Origin: a virus
Virus record (IMG/VR): IMGVR_UViG_3300014565_000223
Direction: 5' to 3' (one strand)
DNA: 64,000 nucleotides
Shown here one piece after another: positions 59,575 to 64,000 of the stretch. The notes beneath the pieces are model-generated. The model made no database searches. It was given only the letters and a program-made list of their open reading frames with translations, and was not told where the DNA came from. The translations under genes and the position numbers were made by a program. The first letter of the stretch is position 1. Every line of letters begins with the position of its first letter.

Positions 59575-59934
59575 ATGAAAAAGGTAACTACTATATTAAT
59601 TCTTCTGCTTATCAGTGCATTTATGTTGACTGGTTGCGCTAAATGTATTGATAAGAAAGAAGAAAGTGTAAAAGTCAAAATTGTTAATGAATACTATAAA
59701 CCGAAAGAAACTCGTTTCATAGGTATAATTAATCATGTTCCACAATTTCGGACAGATTATGCCGAGTATGAAATTACGGTAGACTATAACGGAGTGGAAT
59801 ATTCACTTAGTGATGAAAGTACATATCGTAAATATCATGGAAGAATAGGACAAACAGTGTCTGCCGTATTGATTACAAAGACATATGATAATGGCAATGT
59901 TAAACAATATATTAATTGTTTAGGAGGATTATAA
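59575..59934 (+). CDS. putative lipoprotein
   Basis: Signal peptide plus lipobox LTGC; GGAGGAATCAAAATG RBS. Confidence 0.5.
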   Translation: MKKVTTILILLLISAFMLTGCAKCIDKKEESVKVKIVNEYYKPKETRFIGIINHVPQFRTDYAEYEITVDYNGVEYSLSDESTYRKYHGRIGQTVSAVLITKTYDNGNVKQYINCLGGL

Positions 59935-59935
59935 G

Positions 59936-60697
59936 ATGAAATATTACGATGGATATTTTAAAGAACTCAAGAATGAAATTGTACAGTGGATCAGAGACTG
60001 GTTCGATCAGAATGGTCCCGGCTGCAATGCAATTGTAGGAATCTCTGGTGGAAAAGATTCTTCTGTAGTAGCAGCGCTTTGTGCAGAAGCTCTTGGAAAA
60101 GATCGTGTAATTGGTGTACTGATGCCACAGGGTCAGCAGAAAGATATTTATGCTGCGTATAAGCTTTGTGAATTTCTTGATATTAAATCATACGAAATCA
60201 ACATTGGCGACACAGTTCGAAGTGTATTGTCAAGACTCGAAAGCTCAGGAATCGAGATCAGCGAACAGACAAAAATAAATCTTCCGGCACGTATTAGAAT
60301 GTCTACATTATATGCTGTCTCTCAGTCTTGTAATGGAAGAGTAGCAAATACATGTAATCTTTCAGAATCATATGTCGGTTATGAAACCAGGTATGGTGAT
60401 TCGGCAGGGGATTTTAGTCCGTTAGGAAAATTAACTGTATATGAAGTTAAAAAACTTGGATATGAATTATTGCTTCCTACAGAACTTATTGAAAAGATTC
60501 CAATTGATGGATTATGTGGAAAGACAGATGAGGACAATTTAGGATTCCCATATGAAGTTCTGGACAGATATCTTCGTACAGGAGAGATTGACGATCTGGC
60601 TGTAAAAGCTAAGATTGATTTAATGCATAAACGATGTCTCTTCAAATCAGAGAAGATTCCGGTATTTAATCCTGAATTAAAAGTGGAGGCAGAATAA
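59936..60697 (+). CDS. nadE: NH3-dependent NAD+ synthetase
   Basis: PP-loop GISGGKDSS; 253 aa. Confidence 0.8.
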   Translation: MKYYDGYFKELKNEIVQWIRDWFDQNGPGCNAIVGISGGKDSSVVAALCAEALGKDRVIGVLMPQGQQKDIYAAYKLCEFLDIKSYEINIGDTVRSVLSRLESSGIEISEQTKINLPARIRMSTLYAVSQSCNGRVANTCNLSESYVGYETRYGDSAGDFSPLGKLTVYEVKKLGYELLLPTELIEKIPIDGLCGKTDEDNLGFPYEVLDRYLRTGEIDDLAVKAKIDLMHKRCLFKSEKIPVFNPELKVEAE

Positions 60698-60957
60698 TGG
60701 AGAACATATTTATATCATTCTTGTTAATCGAAATTCTTTTCACAACAATTTTAATAATTAATTGTGCAATTGATGAATTATTACCAATAAAAGAATATAA
60801 AAAGTGGTCCCAAAATAAAAATTGGTTCGGTAAGATATATATATTTCTTACAGTTATATTTACTATTCCTGCAGCAATTATTATATATATCGCTTTTTCC
60901 ATTGTGTTCTTAGTAACATTTATTTATACACTTGGAATTAAAGAGGAGAAGAAATAA
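60697..60957 (+). CDS. small membrane protein (86 aa)
   Basis: Two TM helices. Confidence 0.4.
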   Translation: MENIFISFLLIEILFTTILIINCAIDELLPIKEYKKWSQNKNWFGKIYIFLTVIFTIPAAIIIYIAFSIVFLVTFIYTLGIKEEKK

Positions 60958-60958
60958 C

Positions 60959-61507
60959 ATGAAACCATATGATGTTGGGCTTGTTTGTGGGCGTTTTCAA
61001 ACGTTCCACAAAGGCCATGAAAAACTTATTGATACTGGTTTGTTGATTTGTGATCGGATGCTCATTCTTGTTGGTAGTGCTCAAGAATGCGGGACAGAAC
61101 GTAATCCTTTGAATGTCAATACTAGAATCAAGATGATACGTGAAGTGTATGGTGATAATCCGAATATTATGATTTATGCATTATCAGACCTTACTGATGA
61201 AAATGATATCACACCAGATTGGGGTAGATATCTTCTTCAAAATGCAGATCGATATATTTATAAAAATCCAGATGTAATGATTTATGGTAATGATGATAGC
61301 CGGAGTGGATGGTTCGACAAGAAAGATTTAAAGAACACAACCGAATTAATAATTAATCGTGAAGAATTACCCATCTCTGGGACCATGTTGAGAGCACTTA
61401 TGATACAGGATAAACGGCGAGAATGGATGACTTTTGTTAATCCTAAGTTACATAAAATGTATGATGAAATTCGTAGTGAACTTATGGAAAGCATAAAGGA
61501 GAATTAA
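60959..61507 (+). CDS. nicotinamide/nicotinate mononucleotide adenylyltransferase (archaeal/NadM-type NMNAT)
   Basis: VGLVCGRFQTFHKGHEKLI, the (H/T)xGH nucleotidyltransferase motif. ATG 60959 after AAGAGGAGAAGAAATAAC. Confidence 0.75.
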   Translation: MKPYDVGLVCGRFQTFHKGHEKLIDTGLLICDRMLILVGSAQECGTERNPLNVNTRIKMIREVYGDNPNIMIYALSDLTDENDITPDWGRYLLQNADRYIYKNPDVMIYGNDDSRSGWFDKKDLKNTTELIINREELPISGTMLRALMIQDKRREWMTFVNPKLHKMYDEIRSELMESIKEN

Positions 61508-61545
61508 AATTATGATAAAAACATTAAAGGAATTATATTAAATTA

Positions 61546-61788
61546 ATGGAGGAAGCAGATATGACACCAGGAAGGCCGCAACAATTGCCTTACGTATCAC
61601 CACCAGATAAAAAAACGTCTCAGGAAAAATCCGGTAGTAACATTGTTGTTGAATGGATGTCTGAAATAAAAGAGCTTGCGAAAAATGGATATGAGATATC
61701 TAGCGTAAATGCTTGTATGAAGGATGAAAAATTTCAAAGAATTATTGGTATCTGTGATGCAGTAATTATGGTATTGAAGGAGAATTAG
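61546..61788 (+). CDS. hypothetical protein (80 aa)
   Basis: AATGGAGGAAGCAGATATG RBS. Confidence 0.4.
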   Translation: MEEADMTPGRPQQLPYVSPPDKKTSQEKSGSNIVVEWMSEIKELAKNGYEISSVNACMKDEKFQRIIGICDAVIMVLKEN

Positions 61789-61791
61789 GAT

Positions 61792-61911
61792 ATGGAATTT
61801 GCAAAAGCAGCAGCATGGATTTCAACTGCATTAGCAGTAATTGTAGGCATTGAAGTCACGCATTCAGCATGGTGCTTATGGGCGTTTTTGTTACCATTGT
61901 TAATGAGTTAA
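61792..61911 (+). CDS. 39-aa hydrophobic peptide
   Basis: Strong AGGAGAATTAGGATATG RBS. Not in track (<60 aa). Confidence 0.35.
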   Translation: MEFAKAAAWISTALAVIVGIEVTHSAWCLWAFLLPLLMS

Positions 61912-61929
61912 AGGGAGTAAAAAACTAAA

Positions 61930-62136
61930 ATGAATTGTCTCAATTGTGATTATTATAGAGAAAATTATTTATTTAACTGTTGTGAGTTAACGCAAGAGGA
62001 ATGCTTCTTTATAAAGACAAAAAAGCATCCATGTTACTATATTAATGATGATTATACTTTTAAAGAAGATGTTCCGTTCTTTGGATTTAAGAAAGGAACT
62101 GATTCTAAAGAGGTTTTTAAATGGCAAAATATCTAA
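61930..62136 (+). CDS. small Cys-rich protein (CLNCDYY...CC...C)
   Basis: AAGGGAGTAAAAAACTAAAATG RBS. Confidence 0.4.
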   Translation: MNCLNCDYYRENYLFNCCELTQEECFFIKTKKHPCYYINDDYTFKEDVPFFGFKKGTDSKEVFKWQNI

Positions 62137-62813
62137 TGAAATATAAAGGTACTTACAGACTAAAAGCTGCAATAGATCAAAGTACCAATGATTATCCCAG
62201 AGATGATTCTGGAGGAATAGATCCAAGCTTTGATGATATTTATATTAAGTGTTATGGTGGTGCTCAAATATATCATTATGGTTTTTCTACTCTTGTAGCT
62301 TATATCCCATCTATAGGAAGAGGACACAATATTTTAAAAGCTATAGCTAATGATATTGGGTTACCGGAATATGAAACTTATGAAGAATTATATAAGGCAC
62401 TTGAAGATGAAGGAACTGTACGAAGTATCATGGAAAACGACAAAGAAATAGAGTTTAAGTTCCATGCTCGTAAGTTAGAATACATAGCACTTTTTCTTAA
62501 ACCTGCGATTGCAGGAGCTGATATTAGTCCTTTCTCGACTAAGAACTTACCCAAATGTAATTACCCTATTCCTGAGGAAGATTTAGCAGAATACAACGCT
62601 ATTTTGGATTCTATGGACAGTAAGGATTACTTGTTAGTCTCTAGGGTAACCGATGCTTTTTTGACCAATAAACTTCAAAAAAGTAAGCAGTATAGGACAA
62701 TTGATTTGAAAAAAGATATGAAGAAAAAATGTTTAAAAACTAAAGAATATATCCATTCATTAGGCGAATGGAATGAATATATTGAATATTTAAAAAAGGA
62801 GATTTGTAAATGA
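62121..62813 (+). CDS. hypothetical protein (230 aa)
   Basis: ORF. Confidence 0.5.
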   Translation: MAKYLMKYKGTYRLKAAIDQSTNDYPRDDSGGIDPSFDDIYIKCYGGAQIYHYGFSTLVAYIPSIGRGHNILKAIANDIGLPEYETYEELYKALEDEGTVRSIMENDKEIEFKFHARKLEYIALFLKPAIAGADISPFSTKNLPKCNYPIPEEDLAEYNAILDSMDSKDYLLVSRVTDAFLTNKLQKSKQYRTIDLKKDMKKKCLKTKEYIHSLGEWNEYIEYLKKEICK

Positions 62814-63346
62814 AAAGAATAGCAAAGTTTGAAAAAGTGAGCTTAGAAGAATTCATGAAAGATTGGTGTGATACATTCGAATTAGACGCCTCTGATGCTG
62901 ACACGAGACGTGAAATAGAAGGCATTTATGGTAGTATTGAACTTCCTAAAAGAGCAACAGTAGGAAGTGCCGGTTATGACTTCTTCACACCGCTTACACT
63001 TAATATGAAACCAGGTGAAACAGTAAAAGTGCCAACTGGAATTAGATGTAAGATTGATGAAGGATGGGTACTGAAATGCTATCCAAGAAGCGGCCTTGGA
63101 TTCAAATACCGTCTGCAGCTTGATAATACAGTAGGTATCATCGACAGTGATTACTATGATTCTGATAATGAAGGTCATATCTTTATTAAAGTTACTAATG
63201 ATAGTAAAAGACCATGGAAAACTCTTAATGTACTTCGCGGAGAAGGATTCGCTCAGGGTATTTTTGTTGAATATGGTATTACTATTGATGATGAAGCAAC
63301 AGGCATAAGAAATGGCGGATTTGGAAGTACAACAGAGAATAAATAG
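62810..63346 (+). CDS. dut: dUTP diphosphatase
   Basis: dUTPase motifs GSAGYDF, GIIDSDYY and RNGGFGSTT. Confidence 0.85.
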   Translation: MKRIAKFEKVSLEEFMKDWCDTFELDASDADTRREIEGIYGSIELPKRATVGSAGYDFFTPLTLNMKPGETVKVPTGIRCKIDEGWVLKCYPRSGLGFKYRLQLDNTVGIIDSDYYDSDNEGHIFIKVTNDSKRPWKTLNVLRGEGFAQGIFVEYGITIDDEATGIRNGGFGSTTENK

Positions 63347-63355
63347 GAGGGTTTT

Positions 63356-63661
63356 ATGTGGATCAGAAGTCAAAATCAAGAAAATTATTTAGATGCATCT
63401 GGAAAGACATTTTCTATATATAATGGAAATCAGATTCGTATGAAATATGCAAATAGTTCTGTATTACTTGGAGAATATTCTTCTTCTAAAAAAGCACATA
63501 ATGTATTGAATAAATTAAGAAAACAAAATGATAAATGGCATTCTATGAATGTATTTTATTCAAGTAATAATATGGGTTTAACTATTTCATCTATGAATAA
63601 TGTACTTGCTGCACTAGAAGAAACCAATACATTTGAAATGCCACAGGATGAAGACGTGTAA
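63356..63661 (+). CDS. hypothetical protein (101 aa)
   Basis: AGGAGGGTTTTATG RBS. Confidence 0.45.
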   Translation: MWIRSQNQENYLDASGKTFSIYNGNQIRMKYANSSVLLGEYSSSKKAHNVLNKLRKQNDKWHSMNVFYSSNNMGLTISSMNNVLAALEETNTFEMPQDEDV

Positions 63662-63663
63662 CT

Positions 63664-63843
63664 ATGCTTACAACAGACAAAGAAAAGGCTATATGCGAAA
63701 AATATAGCGCATATGATAAAAATAATCGTGTCCATTGTAATGAGTGTCCACTTATTAAAGGGGATCCTGCTCAACATGACTTCCGGTGCAAAGCGAATAG
63801 TCATTATAATAGACACACTCGTGAATGGGAATATGATGATTAA
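63664..63843 (+). CDS. small Cys/His-rich protein (59 aa)
   Basis: ATG 63664 overlapping the upstream stop; motifs CNECP and CKANSH. Not in track (<60 aa). Confidence 0.35.
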   Translation: MLTTDKEKAICEKYSAYDKNNRVHCNECPLIKGDPAQHDFRCKANSHYNRHTREWEYDD

Positions 63844-63853
63844 AAGTAAAAAA

Positions 63854-63887
63854 AGAGGCACTCCGTATATGGTTAGTGCCTCTTTAA
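63854..63887 (+). terminator. terminator-like 9-bp hairpin AGAGGCACT...AGTGCCTCT followed by TTTAAAG
   Basis: Perfect stem with weak U-tract. The flanks are A-rich upstream and T-rich downstream, so possibly bidirectional. Confidence 0.45.
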
Positions 63888-64000
63888 AGAAAAATGTGTA
63901 TGGTTATATGTATGAATGCTATACATCAAATACAACCATGCATAGTATATCATTTTATTTGATAAAAAGAAAGGATAACTATGAAAATTCGACTAAATAA

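Noticed and set aside
1-64000. CRISPR arrays or IS/transposon boundaries
   Set aside because: No regularly spaced direct repeats and no terminal inverted repeats flanking a transposase were seen. The only recombinase is a tyrosine integrase at 6165, without obvious att repeats

Overview
The window looks like a contiguous stretch of a large, visibly AT-rich bacteriophage genome (jumbo-phage-like, or a phage-plasmid). Essentially every credible gene lies on the + strand, genes are tightly packed with overlapping stop/start codons, and Shine-Dalgarno sites (GGAGG-like) are strong, suggesting a low-GC Gram-positive host. No virion structural genes are visible; the window covers a replication, nucleotide-metabolism and accessory region.

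Recognisable content:
- Replication and nucleotide metabolism: NAD-dependent DNA ligase LigA, DnaE-type PolIII alpha with PHP domain, DnaB-like helicase, TOPRIM primase, RecD-like helicase, PD-(D/E)XK nuclease, AAA/RecA-like ATPases, anaerobic RNR NrdD plus NrdG, dNMP kinase, HD hydrolase, dUTPase, metallophosphoesterase, tyrosine integrase, Rnl2-like RNA ligase.
- RNA genes: four tRNA or tRNA-like genes (Leu-CAA, Met/Ile2-CAT, one odd type-II tRNA, one weak tRNA-like).
- NAD+ and ADP-ribose content, unusually dense: Nampt homolog, NMNAT, PRPP-synthetase-like, NadE, PncA-like nicotinamidase, NT5C-like HAD, ADP-ribosylglycohydrolase, Tpt1/KptA, macro domain, SLOG/DUF2493.
- A PurA-like protein whose 369-aa length fits PurZ or archaeal-type PurA.
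- A membrane module: phage-encoded P-type (PEGLP, Ca2+-type) ATPase preceded by duplicated small TM peptides, TerY-like vWA, TerD, PspA/IM30 with its own TM helix, and SPFH/band-7 flanked by small TM peptides.
- A recurring intergenic motif, AATT(T/A)AATTA(A/T)ACA, sits upstream of at least 14 genes and is probably a phage-specific promoter. Three copies are fused to sigma70-like TTGACA-17-TATAnT promoters.
- A Gp37/Gp68-like gene is frameshifted at an A8 run.
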